From: Candidatus Heimdallarchaeum endolithica
Lineage (GTDB): Archaea; Asgardarchaeota; Heimdallarchaeia; Heimdallarchaeales; Heimdallarchaeaceae
Assembly (NCBI GenBank): GCA_021513715.1
Contig: CP084167.1
Location: forward strand, 1,728,001-1,792,000
DNA length: 64,000 bases
Direction: 5' to 3'
The position numbers and the translations under genes are program-made. Below are positions 40,386-51,050 of the stretch, piece after piece. Numbering within the stretch: position 1 is the stretch's first letter; the number at the start of each line of letters is the position of its first letter. The notes under the pieces were generated by a model. The model worked only from the letters and a program-made list of their open reading frames with translations. It did no database searches and was not told the origin of the DNA.

Positions 40386-42203
40386 TTACCAAGCCCACCA
40401 TTTATCAACGTTTTTCCTTTTTATCTCAATTAGCTCATCTAAACATTTAGATTGGTCTTGAGTCAAAGAATCACTATATTTCTTTTTTAATAACCTTACA
40501 TGTCTCTCTGGGATATCAATATAAAGAAAATCTCCTTCATTTATTTGTCTGCCCACAGTTGGTCCTCGGATGCTCATGGCAACTTGCTGGCCTTTCTTTG
40601 CTTCTTGGATATTTTCTCCTCTATCTTGAAGACCATGTATTCTTCCAACTCGTCTATTATCTTCACGAATCAACATTAAACCAGTATTAATTTTACCAGC
40701 TAATACTTCTACACCTATTATAGCAGGATTCGATCTACGAAACACATAACCAGGCAATATTTGGATTTTACCTGGCATAATTATATCTTTCAGAGATTCA
40801 GCTTTTATGGACTCTTTTACATCTTCTTTCCAACGCTCATATTCATCTATTAAATTATAGATAACTCTATCAGAAAAGATTTTAATATCATTGATTGAGG
40901 CTTCTTCTTCAGCATCAGGCAGTAATTCTGTGTTAAAACACAACACAGCACCATATTCTGGAGCTTTTTCTGCAACTATTGCTGCATCGATAATATCTTT
41001 CTTTGTAACTTCTCCCACATCTGCTTTTTGAATAGGAATATTTCTGCTTTTTAGCATATCAACAATTGCTTCTAAACTACCAAGAGTATCGACTTTTACA
41101 ATTACCCCATTATCTTCAGTATCAAATACAAATTGTTGAAGCTCTGCATTAACTTCATCAATTACTTGTTGTTCTTGACCCTTAGGAGCTACTTTTACAG
41201 GAGCTCCTGACAAGACATCTTCTAAACCAGGGGCACTTATTTTTAAACCAGCAGAAGCATAAACCTTATCCACGCTTCTAAATTTGTCTCGAGGATCACG
41301 CATCTCATCAAGTTCTTTAGCTTGTAGAAGCGCTCGAATCTTGATTAATTTAGCTCCTCCTCTTCCGCCAATAACAACTTGGTCATTTTTTGTTATTACA
41401 CCATCATATAATATTATGTCAGCTGTTGTTCCCATACCTTCAACATCTTTAACTTCCAACACAGTCCCAGAACCAGGACCTGTGCTGTATTCCAGTTTTT
41501 TCATCATGAATTGTTGCGTTAAACCTGCTAAAACCAAAAATAGGTCTGGTATTCCTTCACCTGTAACAGCACTTGTGGGAATAATTGCTATTTTCTTTCT
41601 AAAATCTTTAACACGGTCATAACGATCAGCTTCAAATTTTAATTCGCTTAATTCGCCCATTATTTCATATATTCTGTTATCTAGATCTTTTTTAGCTTTT
41701 GGTATCTGTTTGTTATAAGACTCAATAAACGTAGCTCCTTCAACACCTTTCCAAGCAGAGATTCTGTCAACTTTATTTGCTGCTACAATAAAAGGTACTT
41801 TTCTTGCTTTTAGAATATCCATTGATTCATATGTTTGAGCTTGAAAACCCCTCATTAAATCTACAACTAATATTGCAATATCTGCAACAGAGGCACCTCT
41901 TTTTCTTAAATTTGTAAAAACAGCGTGCCCAGGAGTATCAACAATGAGTATTCCAGGGATATTTAATTCTATTTCTGAATTTTTTATTAATTTACTACTT
42001 ACTTTTACAATTGTTTCTGTAGGAAAAAAACTTGCTCCAACATGTTGTGTAATACCAGCTGCTTCTCTTGCTTGTACAGCAGTACCTCTTACCTTATCCA
42101 AGAGACTAGTTTTTCCAGAATCAACATGTCCAAGAATAACAGCAATTGGACTTCGAATTCTCTTTCCACTTTCCTCATTTATAACTTTAGACAATAGCAA
42201 CAC
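40386..42203 (-). CDS. infB: translation initiation factor aIF5B (IF-2)
   Basis: IRSPI..GHVDSGKT, GITQHVGA, DTPGH, NKVD, SAVTGEGI, DTLGSLEA. The start may be TTG 42194. Confidence 0.97.
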   Translation of the reverse strand: MLLLSKVINEESGKRIRSPIAVILGHVDSGKTSLLDKVRGTAVQAREAAGITQHVGASFFPTETIVKVSSKLIKNSEIELNIPGILIVDTPGHAVFTNLRKRGASVADIAILVVDLMRGFQAQTYESMDILKARKVPFIVAANKVDRISAWKGVEGATFIESYNKQIPKAKKDLDNRIYEIMGELSELKFEADRYDRVKDFRKKIAIIPTSAVTGEGIPDLFLVLAGLTQQFMMKKLEYSTGPGSGTVLEVKDVEGMGTTADIILYDGVITKNDQVVIGGRGGAKLIKIRALLQAKELDEMRDPRDKFRSVDKVYASAGLKISAPGLEDVLSGAPVKVAPKGQEQQVIDEVNAELQQFVFDTEDNGVIVKVDTLGSLEAIVDMLKSRNIPIQKADVGEVTKKDIIDAAIVAEKAPEYGAVLCFNTELLPDAEEEASINDIKIFSDRVIYNLIDEYERWKEDVKESIKAESLKDIIMPGKIQILPGYVFRRSNPAIIGVEVLAGKINTGLMLIREDNRRVGRIHGLQDRGENIQEAKKGQQVAMSIRGPTVGRQINEGDFLYIDIPERHVRLLKKKYSDSLTQDQSKCLDELIEIKRKNVDKWWAW

Positions 42204-42338
42204 CTACTTCTCTCTTTATTTAACTCTCATTTCAGTTTATTTCTCTTTTTTTAAAAATAAATTGGTCTGTTATATATTACTGAAGTCAAGAACAATGAAG
42301 AAAAAAGAAAAAAAAATTAAGAACAAAAGATTATAAAT

Positions 42339-42509
42339 CTAAAGATCTCTTGCACTTACAGTTTTACGTCCGTTGGCTTTAGCTCTTTCAGCTGCTTTCT
42401 TGACAATTCCTTCAACAAGTTTGTCAAGAGCATCAAAAAGGTCTCCACCAACTTTGTAATCACCAAGTTCCTTGATGAGTTCTCTTACTTTACTTTTTAC
42501 GACAATCAT
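42339..42509 (-). CDS. short histone-fold protein, non-canonical (face-to-face/Bd0055-like) type
   Basis: MIVVKSKVRELIK...KAAERAKANGRKTVSARDL, 56 aa. ATG 42509 follows SD GGTGA. Confidence 0.88.
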   Translation of the reverse strand: MIVVKSKVRELIKELGDYKVGGDLFDALDKLVEGIVKKAAERAKANGRKTVSARDL

Positions 42510-42803
42510 TTTTTTGTCACCATATGCTTTGTGCCTTGCGTTTTTCACGCAAGTACGATAAATACTATTACAGCGCCCCTTAAAAAGGTTTTTGGTTTAG
42601 CCATCTTTTTTTTAAACCTTACGCTATCTAGTAAAAAAAGCAGACAATATCAGTTCTATACTTAAAAAACGTTTGTTTTAAGGCTTTTTAGTCTCTAATT
42701 TTAATGAGTTTCTATTTAAAACGAAATAAAGAAAATGAAAATGAAAAGTAAAAAAGATGCAGTTTTAGGGAGTTTAATGACATTTCATTATAATGCAATA
42801 AAT

Positions 42804-44099
42804 TTATACATGTTTAGTAAGTAATTCACCTAGTTTTCGTACTCCTTCATCTAGTAATTCCGGTTTAAGGAAAGAGAAACCTATTCTCATTCCCCCTTTA
42901 ATTATTTTTAGAGGTATTATGGTTCTTGTCTCTAAATCATATGAATGGCCAACAGGAGGATAAAATGCAGCCCCTGGAACTACTAGAACATCATTAGGGA
43001 GAAGAACATCTTGATTAAATTTTCCTATATCGAAAGAATAAGCTTTTTCACCTGGTGCTTGCCACCAAATAAAGAAACCACCTGTAGGGTTCGTATAATC
43101 TCCTTCTGGAAAAGTTTCTTGTAATGCTTTAAAAGCAACATCCTTTTGTGTTTTATACTTTTGCACAATTTCAGGTAAATAACTATCAATATATTTTGCG
43201 TAATATATTTCAGCAACTCTTTGAGTAAGAGTAGGTGTACAAAGATCTATATAACCCTTTGATTTTTCTGCTTCTAGATGTAGATGCTCTGGTAACAAGG
43301 AATAACCAATTCTTAAAGGTGCTGCTTCTTTTGATGTTGAAGACACATAAATAACCCATTCATTATCTTTATCTAAAGATTTTATTGGAGGGATACGTTC
43401 TGTAAATTGCATCTCCTTATAAGCTTCATCCTCTAAAATGAAAATGTTGTATTTTTCAGCAAGATCATAGAGCGCTTTTCTTCTTTCATAAGGTAACGTA
43501 GTCCCTTTTGGATTATCACTATCACTTACAACATATAGGAGTTTAACTTTTTTACCTAGTTCCTTTTCTGCTTTAACAATTGTATCTTCAACAAATTCGG
43601 GTATAAGACCTAATTCATCTGTGGGAGCAGTTACTACTGTTCCGCCTATTTTTACAACTGCTGTAACGAATCCTAAATACGCAGGACTTGGGGTTATCAC
43701 TATATCTCCTGGGTTTACTAATATATCAAGAACAAGATAGGTTGCTTGTTGTGATCCTGTCGTAATCAACATTTTCTCCCAATCTTGTTTTCCTGAAATA
43801 CAAGAAATTTTATCTTTTGTATGTAGCCTTTCTGCTAAAACTTCTCTTAATCCCTTTGCTCCAGCAGTCATGCCATATTGAAATTCATTAATAACCCTCT
43901 TTTCATCTTCTTCGTAATATTCTGATAGTTCTTCTAAAATTTTAGGAAATACTTTCGTAGGCAAATTACCTGGAAGACCACCAGCTAAATAATATTTTGT
44001 TTTATTTTTTAACAATCTTCTAATCTCAGATTCTGGTATCTTTTTTGTCCAATCAGCAAGCAATTCTCTTGTTGATTCAATATTTCTCATTGCGTCCAA
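42804..44099 (-). CDS. class I PLP-dependent aminotransferase (LysN/aromatic aminotransferase-like)
   Basis: SEIRRLL, LAGGLP, TTGSQQ, DNPKG, EDEAY, STSKEAAPLRIG. Confidence 0.88.
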   Translation of the reverse strand: MDAMRNIESTRELLADWTKKIPESEIRRLLKNKTKYYLAGGLPGNLPTKVFPKILEELSEYYEEDEKRVINEFQYGMTAGAKGLREVLAERLHTKDKISCISGKQDWEKMLITTGSQQATYLVLDILVNPGDIVITPSPAYLGFVTAVVKIGGTVVTAPTDELGLIPEFVEDTIVKAEKELGKKVKLLYVVSDSDNPKGTTLPYERRKALYDLAEKYNIFILEDEAYKEMQFTERIPPIKSLDKDNEWVIYVSSTSKEAAPLRIGYSLLPEHLHLEAEKSKGYIDLCTPTLTQRVAEIYYAKYIDSYLPEIVQKYKTQKDVAFKALQETFPEGDYTNPTGGFFIWWQAPGEKAYSFDIGKFNQDVLLPNDVLVVPGAAFYPPVGHSYDLETRTIIPLKIIKGGMRIGFSFLKPELLDEGVRKLGELLTKHV

Positions 44100-44282
44100 T
44101 TTGCAGCCTCCAATCCTTATACTAATATTTATAAAAAAATCTTAATTAGTATCTAAAAAACTTTCGAAACAACTATGATTATTTTCTTAAAATCTTTCTA
44201 TTAATCTGCTAAAACAATATAAAACACTTTAATGTTTCATTGAAACAAGTAAGTTTTTATTGATGAGATTCAAGAGAACCTT

Positions 44283-45452
44283 GTGCAAATCGAAAAGATA
44301 GATGTTGGAATTGTTGGAGCGGGCCCAGCAGGTTTATCAGCTGGTTTAGCCTTAGCAAATAATGGATATAAAACTACAATTTTTGAAGAACACAAGATTG
44401 TAGGAATCCCCATTCAATGTGGAGAGGGAATAAGTGAAAAGGTTTTTATTGAATTTCCAATTTTAAAAACAAATAAAGAATTTATAATAAGAAAATTTGG
44501 AAATACTAAAATCTATTTTCCTGGCGATTATACTGTTTTTGGCGATACTCATGCATACATGATAAGGAGAGATAAATTTGACCAATTTTTAGCACAACAA
44601 GTAAAAAAAAGTGGAGGAAAAATTCTTACTAACTCAAGAGTTATTGATGCAATAGAAACAAAAGAAGGAGTTAAAATCAAAATAAAAAAAGATGGAACAG
44701 AACAATTATTTTTATCTTCTGTTTTACTTATCGCTGAAGGCCCAAAAGGAGATATAGCCAGAAAACTTGGTTTTAACACACCAGAACTAATAAGGGCTTT
44801 GGAATATAGAATACAAGGAGAGTTCAGTGACACAATGGAATTTTTCTTTGATAATGAAAAATATCCTTTCGGATATAGCTGGATATTCCCAAGGAATAAT
44901 GAAACAAATGTTGGAGTTGTAACAACTGCAAAAAATCGCAAAGAAATCTTGGATAAATTTCTCAAAGAGAGAAATATTTCAGGGAAGATTATTAAAAAAA
45001 TAGGTGGTTCTATTCCAAAAAATGGTGTGGTAAAACAACTTGCCACACAGAAAATAGCCTTAATTGGAGATACAGGAGGATTTACCAACCCATTATTTTA
45101 CGGAGGAATTCGAAATGCAATGCTCAGTGGAAAAATAGTGGCAGATATAATTGACTTTCAGAGAAAAAACGAAAAAAAAGTTGATCTTAGAACATTTGAC
45201 AAAAAAGTAAGAAAACACCCATTTTCTGCAAAAATAAGCATAAAAAGCCATAAATACTTTTACACAAGATCTGTAAACTTCCAAAAGAAAATTGGAAAGG
45301 TATTCAATGGAACATATATAAATCGAATTGAAAATAAAGAACTCTTGAAATATTTACTAAAACTAGTTTGTAACCCAATACTTATCAAAAATCCTAAAAA
45401 ACTATATTGGTTATACAAAGGATTTAAACAAGCTAGGGACTATGGATTTTAA
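44283..45452 (+). CDS. geranylgeranyl reductase family flavoprotein
   Basis: VGAGPAG, PIQCGEG, RDKFD, GYSWIFP, GDTGGFTNPLFYGGI. Confidence 0.9.
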   Translation: MQIEKIDVGIVGAGPAGLSAGLALANNGYKTTIFEEHKIVGIPIQCGEGISEKVFIEFPILKTNKEFIIRKFGNTKIYFPGDYTVFGDTHAYMIRRDKFDQFLAQQVKKSGGKILTNSRVIDAIETKEGVKIKIKKDGTEQLFLSSVLLIAEGPKGDIARKLGFNTPELIRALEYRIQGEFSDTMEFFFDNEKYPFGYSWIFPRNNETNVGVVTTAKNRKEILDKFLKERNISGKIIKKIGGSIPKNGVVKQLATQKIALIGDTGGFTNPLFYGGIRNAMLSGKIVADIIDFQRKNEKKVDLRTFDKKVRKHPFSAKISIKSHKYFYTRSVNFQKKIGKVFNGTYINRIENKELLKYLLKLVCNPILIKNPKKLYWLYKGFKQARDYGF

Positions 45453-45596
45453 ACTAACATCACCTATAAATCGATGTAAAAAAATTCAAATCTTTGTTTT
45501 TTCTCTTTTTTTAAACCCCACTTCTCATTATATAATAAAGGACAAAAACCATAACAGTTAAATGCAAATCAATGATGAAACAATCGAGGAAAAAAA

Positions 45597-45788
45597 ATGA
45601 TTATCCCCGTACGTTGTTGGACATGTGGTTCTTTAATCGCAGATAAGTGGGAAGAATTTCACGAAAGAGTTGAAAATAACGAAAACCCAGAAAAAGTACT
45701 AGATGACTTAAAAGTAAATCGTTGGTGTTGTCGAAGAATGTTGATAGCTCATATTGATCTCATTGACGAAATACTCCCATTCAGTTAG
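45597..45788 (+). CDS. rpoN: RNA polymerase subunit Rpo10 (N)
   Basis: [11 protein letters not shown]...RWCCRRM. Confidence 0.97.
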   Translation: MIIPVRCWTCGSLIADKWEEFHERVENNENPEKVLDDLKVNRWCCRRMLIAHIDLIDEILPFS

Positions 45789-45883
45789 GAAGTTTATAAT
45801 AAGCAACAAAAAAAAGAACAAGAAACGAAACTTTTTATATAAAACTAAAAGAGAATGAAGTGATTAGGAAACGAGGAAGAAAA

Positions 45884-46522
45884 ATGTCTGAAGAAACTAA
45901 AGATCCAATTGAAGAAGAACAAGCACTTTTAGTTCCAAGAGATGAATATTTAGTTAGCGGAATTCATATTGGAACAAGTGTATGCACAAAATCAATGCAA
46001 AAATACATGTATCGAGTTCGTACTGATGGTATTTTTGTTCTTAATGTAAATCTTACTGACGAACGTATACGTACTGCTGCAAAGTTTCTAGCTCGATTTG
46101 AGCCTTCTCAAGTAGCAGTTTTTGCAACAAGACAATATGCATCTGTACCATCCACAAAAATGGCTCGTTATTGTGGTTTCAAGGTATTTCCTGGCCGTTT
46201 TATCCCTGGAACTTTAACCAACCCTACATATTCAGGATATATTGAACCTGACGTGATAATATTAACTGACCCACGAGCAGATAAACAAGCTCTTACAGAA
46301 GCTTCTTCACGTGGAATACCTATTATTGCATTATGTGATACAGATAATATCACAACAAATGTCGATTTTGTTATTCCAGTAAATAATAAAGGAAGAAAAA
46401 GTCTTGCTTTAGTCTATTACCTATTAACAAGACAGGTTTTGATTGAACGTGGAGAATTAGGCGAAAATGAAGATTTGCCTGAAACAATAGAGGACTTTTC
46501 TTTCAAACTAATTAGAGATTAA
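45884..46522 (+). CDS. rpsB: 30S ribosomal protein uS2
   Basis: SGIHIGT, GRFIPGTLTNP, DPRADKQA, IPVNNKGRKS. ATG 45884 after GAGG. Confidence 0.97.
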   Translation: MSEETKDPIEEEQALLVPRDEYLVSGIHIGTSVCTKSMQKYMYRVRTDGIFVLNVNLTDERIRTAAKFLARFEPSQVAVFATRQYASVPSTKMARYCGFKVFPGRFIPGTLTNPTYSGYIEPDVIILTDPRADKQALTEASSRGIPIIALCDTDNITTNVDFVIPVNNKGRKSLALVYYLLTRQVLIERGELGENEDLPETIEDFSFKLIRD

Positions 46523-46568
46523 GCAATATAAATTCTCTTTTTTTGTTTTATTGATATAAAAGAAAAAG

Positions 46569-47578
46569 TGTATACTCAACTCACATTGGTAACAAATAAA
46601 TAGAAGTGGGTTACGTGGGTAAGTGATATATTATGAACAAACCCGAACGTAACCTGGAGAAACTAAGAAAGATTGTGGTTAAAAAAGCTTTGGAAGGAGA
46701 GAAGATAAAAGAGGTAGCTCACAAGTATATGGTGAGTAGGAAGTTTGTGTATAAGTGGTTGAAGAGGTTCAGAGAGAACCCTGAAGGAGTATGGTGGAAA
46801 GATAGATCTTCCAGACCAAAAACTATACACAGGAAAGTAGATGAGGAGTTAAAAGAGAGGATAAGGGAGTTAAGAATAAAACAAGGAATGAATGTGGAGA
46901 AGATAGCTTATTTGTTGAAGAGAGAAGGAAAAGCACTCTCTCAGACGACAGTGACGAAAGTAATAAAAGAGTTAGGTCTTCCTTTATGGGTTAATAGAAA
47001 AAAGAGGAAAAGACCTCGATACAAGAGTTTTGAACGTCAAAAACCTAACGAACTCTGGCAAATAGATGTGAAAGGACCATTCTGGGTAGAAGAACAGGGA
47101 CAACATCTCCATCTCATAACCTTGATAGACGACCACTCACGATTCTGTCTGGGAGCTAAATTCCACCCTTTTGCACCAAAAAAAGAGCAGATAATAAGTT
47201 TGCTAGAGGAAGCAATAAAAGAGTACGGTTACCCCGAGTCTATACTTACTGACAATGGAGCACTCTTCTCTTCCGTTAGAGGAGGAACAAGTACCTTCTC
47301 CCGTTGGTGTCAAACAGAAGGAATAAAACACATCAGAGCTAGAGTTTTTCACCCCGAAACATGTGGAAAAGTAGAAAGACTACATGGGACAATCATCCGT
47401 GAGATGGAAAGATTAGGTCTAAAATACTGCAACGCAGATCTCTCCTACTACCGCTCTTACTACAATTTTAGTCGTCCTCACCAATCTCTTAACTTCCTCA
47501 CCCCAGGAGAAAGATTTATGAATCACCCCTATGTTTCTCTAGTACCCAAAAGTGTAACCCAAGTCTATTGAGTAAACA
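46569..47578 (+). mobile_element. IS481-family insertion sequence, 1010 bp, 16-bp TSD
   Basis: TGT...ACA ends; imperfect 26-bp TIR (19/26); direct repeat GATATAAAAGAAAAAG at 46553-46568 and 47579-47594. Confidence 0.92.
46633..47571 (+). CDS. IS481-family DDE transposase (rve integrase core)
   Basis: N-terminal HTH (VYKWLKRF), WQIDVK, DDHSR, TDNG, GKVERLHGT, YNFSRPHQSL..TP. Confidence 0.93.
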   Translation: MNKPERNLEKLRKIVVKKALEGEKIKEVAHKYMVSRKFVYKWLKRFRENPEGVWWKDRSSRPKTIHRKVDEELKERIRELRIKQGMNVEKIAYLLKREGKALSQTTVTKVIKELGLPLWVNRKKRKRPRYKSFERQKPNELWQIDVKGPFWVEEQGQHLHLITLIDDHSRFCLGAKFHPFAPKKEQIISLLEEAIKEYGYPESILTDNGALFSSVRGGTSTFSRWCQTEGIKHIRARVFHPETCGKVERLHGTIIREMERLGLKYCNADLSYYRSYYNFSRPHQSLNFLTPGERFMNHPYVSLVPKSVTQVY

Positions 47579-47880
47579 GATATAAAAGAAAAAGAGATTA
47601 TCTTATTTTTTTATAATGGTTCTTTAGATGATGTTTTGAAAACTTTCCAATTAACTAGAGAAGTAGTCGTAGCTACTGGCAAATTCCATTTTTGTGAAAA
47701 ATGTATCCTTTTTTACTACTCTTTCTGTCTAATTTTTCTATTTTCTAATATTTCACATAAATTGGTTTATTCATTTTAAGTATGACAACTTTTTTTATCT
47801 ATATTTTTGTTCAACTGAGGGAAGAAAAGTCGATATAGAAGTTTGAAAAAGCTTTTATCACCTAACTAATTGTTTGATAT

Positions 47881-48861
47881 ATGAGTGAAATAATCTCTAC
47901 CTCTGCTCCTGGTAAGGTTATATTATTTGGAGAACATGCAGTAGTTTATGGATTCCCAGCTATTGCTATCGCAATAAATAGGAGAGTAAAAGTAAGTATT
48001 ATAGAAGGAAATGAAACTTCAAAATCTCTTTTCACTCCTGACCTATTTCCGAAAAATCAATTTGATCTTACCAATGAACATATTATCCCAGAACAACTTA
48101 AAGCAATCTTTTTTCTCTTAAAAAAAACGAAAGTTATTGAAAGATTATCTTATGGACAACAAATATTAATAAAATCACAAATTCCTCCTTCTGCAGGTTT
48201 AGGCTCTAGTGCAGCGATCAGTGTGTCATTAGCAATGTTAGGTACAATACTTTCTAATCAAGAATTACAACTTGAAAATATCAACAAAATTGCTTTTGAA
48301 GCTGAAAAAATTCAACATGGAACACCTAGTGGGATAGATAATTTTGTCTCTACATTTGGAGGGGGAGTGTTTTATTTAAAGAATTCACTAAAAAGAATTG
48401 ATCTATCAAAAATTTCATTTAAGATTGTAATTATTAACACGAAAGTCACTAGAAATACAAAAGATTTAGTTTTGTTAGTGAAAAAAAGATACGAAGAAAA
48501 AAAAGATTATGTTCAAGAGTTGTTTAATGAAATTAAAACAATAACAGAACAAGCAAAGGTTTACATAGAAAAAGGAAACATTGATAAAATAGGTGAATTA
48601 ATGAATGAAAATCAAGTAGCATTAGAAAAACTGGGTGTAGGGCATAAAAAAATTATAGAAGCTATTAACATTTTAGGAAATGAAGGGGCCTTGGGAGCAA
48701 AACTTACAGGAGCTGGAGGAGGAGGGTGTGTTATTGGAATATTTGATAGTAAAGAAGAATCTTCAATTGCTGTACAAAAAGCAAAAGAAGAAGGTTTTGA
48801 AGCTTTTACTACAGAACCATCGAAGATAGGAGTAATAGAAAATGGTATCAAAAAAGATTGA
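47881..48861 (+). CDS. mvk: mevalonate kinase
   Basis: APGKVILFGEHAVVYG, PSAGLGSSAA, HGTPSGID, KLTGAGGGG. Confidence 0.95.
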   Translation: MSEIISTSAPGKVILFGEHAVVYGFPAIAIAINRRVKVSIIEGNETSKSLFTPDLFPKNQFDLTNEHIIPEQLKAIFFLLKKTKVIERLSYGQQILIKSQIPPSAGLGSSAAISVSLAMLGTILSNQELQLENINKIAFEAEKIQHGTPSGIDNFVSTFGGGVFYLKNSLKRIDLSKISFKIVIINTKVTRNTKDLVLLVKKRYEEKKDYVQELFNEIKTITEQAKVYIEKGNIDKIGELMNENQVALEKLGVGHKKIIEAINILGNEGALGAKLTGAGGGGCVIGIFDSKEESSIAVQKAKEEGFEAFTTEPSKIGVIENGIKKD

Positions 48862-49642
48862 TATAATAAAAATCGGGGGGTCAGTAATAACCAATAAACG
48901 AAAATATAAAACTTTGATAACAAAAAATCTTGCGAGAATTATAGAAGAAATAGAAAAATCACCTGATAAACCTAAGATACTTATTCATGGGGCAGGTTCT
49001 TTTGGACACATTATAGCAAAAAAGTATAACATAATTAATGGTTTTAAAAAATCAAATCAAATTGATGGAATATTAAAGATTAGAGAAGATATGGCAGAAC
49101 TAACAAAAAATGTTGTAAACTTTATAAATAAAAAAAATTTGAAAGCTTTATCTTTCCAAACTAGCGCTATAACGTTCGAAAATCAAGAAACAAAAGTAGT
49201 AGAAATATATGTTGAACCAATCAAGAAAGCTTTAGAGATTAATTTAATACCTGTATTGTCAGGAGATATTGTGTTTAGTGATAGAAGAGGTTTTTCGATA
49301 ATTAGTGGAGATCAACTTATAGAGCTTTTAACAAGTTTTTTTGATGTTGAGAAGGTAGTTTTTTGTTCAGATATTGATGGATTAATAGTATATAATAAAA
49401 AGAATGAGCAGATGCTGATTGAGGAAATAGAGTATAGCAAATTAGATTCAATAAACATAGCTAAAATAAAAGAAACAGAAAAAATTGATGTCACAGGAGA
49501 AATGCAAAATAAACTTAACATTATAAAGAAACTATCTGGCAAAGTTCACGAAGTAGTATTAGTTAACGGATTAGTAGAGGGAAGACTACGCTCTGTTTTG
49601 AATAATGAAAAAACGATATGTACAAAAATAATTAATAAATAG
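48842..49642 (+). CDS. isopentenyl phosphate kinase
   Basis: KIGGSVIT, HGAGSFGH, SGD, DVTGEM; follows mvk. Confidence 0.92.
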   Translation: MVSKKIDIIKIGGSVITNKRKYKTLITKNLARIIEEIEKSPDKPKILIHGAGSFGHIIAKKYNIINGFKKSNQIDGILKIREDMAELTKNVVNFINKKNLKALSFQTSAITFENQETKVVEIYVEPIKKALEINLIPVLSGDIVFSDRRGFSIISGDQLIELLTSFFDVEKVVFCSDIDGLIVYNKKNEQMLIEEIEYSKLDSINIAKIKETEKIDVTGEMQNKLNIIKKLSGKVHEVVLVNGLVEGRLRSVLNNEKTICTKIINK

Positions 49643-49663
49643 AAATTTTGTAAAAATTAATTC

Positions 49664-50113
49664 CTACTCATAAATCCATTCTTCATCTATTTTTTTGTAT
49701 TGAACAAATTCTTCATCCTCAAAATAGATTGAATACTCAATCTTTGCATTTTCAGGTGAGTCTCCAGCATGAATTATATTACGTCCTATTTCTAGTGCAA
49801 AATCCCCCCTTATTGTACCTGGATGAGCATCAAGAGGGTTTGTAGCGCCAACTATTTTACGCGTTAGCTTCACAGCATTTTTTCCTTCAACAACCATTGC
49901 TACTACAGGTCCACTAGTTATATATTCAATTAAACCTTCATAAAATGGTTTTCCTTTATGGATAGCGTAATGCTCTTCAGCCATTTTTTTAGTTAATTGG
50001 AGCATTTTTAGGCCAATAATTTTTAATCCTACACGTTCAATACGTGTAATTACATCTCCAATTAATCCTCGTTGTACACCATCTGGTTTTATCATAATAA
50101 ATTCTCGTTCCAT
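49664..50113 (-). CDS. ndk: nucleoside diphosphate kinase
   Basis: [27 protein letters not shown]. Start ATG 50113. Confidence 0.97.
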   Translation of the reverse strand: MEREFIMIKPDGVQRGLIGDVITRIERVGLKIIGLKMLQLTKKMAEEHYAIHKGKPFYEGLIEYITSGPVVAMVVEGKNAVKLTRKIVGATNPLDAHPGTIRGDFALEIGRNIIHAGDSPENAKIEYSIYFEDEEFVQYKKIDEEWIYE

Positions 50114-50249
50114 ATTAACACCAAAATCGAAAAAGTATAAGGAAATAAAAAGCATTCGATTAAGTTTTATTACAAATACAGAATAGCAATCCTAAAAATT
50201 AAGCAAAAAAGACTAAAAACGAAAAATAGCTTAAAAAGAAAGAAAAGAA

Positions 50250-50438
50250 TTAGAGAATTTTCTTCTCATATTTAGTTGTATATTTTAACTTTTTAGGGTC
50301 TCGCTTGAAGTCAAGACTAGATCTTTTACATTTATTACTACAAAAATGTAAAACATTTCCAGCACGTTGAACATATAACAATCCTTGACCATGTGGGATT
50401 TCTTTTCCACAAAATGAACAAGTTCGTGTTCTTGGCAT
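50250..50438 (-). CDS. rpl24e: 50S ribosomal protein eL24
   Basis: CSFCG...FCSNKC. Confidence 0.95.
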   Translation of the reverse strand: MPRTRTCSFCGKEIPHGQGLLYVQRAGNVLHFCSNKCKRSSLDFKRDPKKLKYTTKYEKKIL

Positions 50439-50448
50439 ATTTTGTCAC

Positions 50449-50664
50449 CTATCGTCTCCTTATTTTTCTTGCTTCACGCTCAGTTTCTCTAAGCATGAGT
50501 ATATCTCCTTTTCTGACTGGACCCTTAAGATTACGTGTAATAATACGGTTTTTGTCAGGTCCTTCTAGGACTTTTACTCTTGCTTGAATGACTTCTCCTA
50601 CTGAACCAGTTCTATCCAATACTTGGATGACTTCAGCAGGTATTCCTAGATTTTCAGAGCTCAT
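50449..50664 (-). CDS. rps28e: 30S ribosomal protein eS28
   Basis: [27 protein letters not shown]. Confidence 0.97.
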   Translation of the reverse strand: MSSENLGIPAEVIQVLDRTGSVGEVIQARVKVLEGPDKNRIITRNLKGPVRKGDILMLRETEREARKIRRR

Positions 50665-50678
50665 TTTTAATCACCAAA

Positions 50679-51044
50679 TTATTTTTTGAGTTCTGCAATC
50701 TTTTGAGCGAGACTTTCAAGAGTGCTTTGAGCTTCCCCAGCTTTTATTACTGCTATTGAAGCTGAACCAACAGAAAGTCCAACAGCCTTTCCTAAATCTT
50801 CTTTTGTTGGAACAAAAGTATAAGGTATTTTATTCTCTTCACACAATAAAGGAAGGTGCATAACGATTTCTGGTGGCTCTACATCTTCTGCAATATAAAT
50901 CATAGAAGCCGTTTTTCTTTCTACAGCTTTGGTTACCTCATTAGTACCTTTTCGTACTTCTCCTGTTTTTGCTGCATTTTCCAAGATATTCAATGATTCT
51001 TTAACTAATTCTTCTGGAATTTCAAATTTTTTATAAATTGCCAT
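50679..51044 (-). CDS. rpl7ae: ribosomal protein L7Ae (eL8), K-turn binding
   Basis: KGTNEVTKAVER, IAEDVEPPEIVMHLP, LGKAVG. Confidence 0.97.
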   Translation of the reverse strand: MAIYKKFEIPEELVKESLNILENAAKTGEVRKGTNEVTKAVERKTASMIYIAEDVEPPEIVMHLPLLCEENKIPYTFVPTKEDLGKAVGLSVGSASIAVIKAGEAQSTLESLAQKIAELKK

Positions 51045-51050
51045 TTTTTC

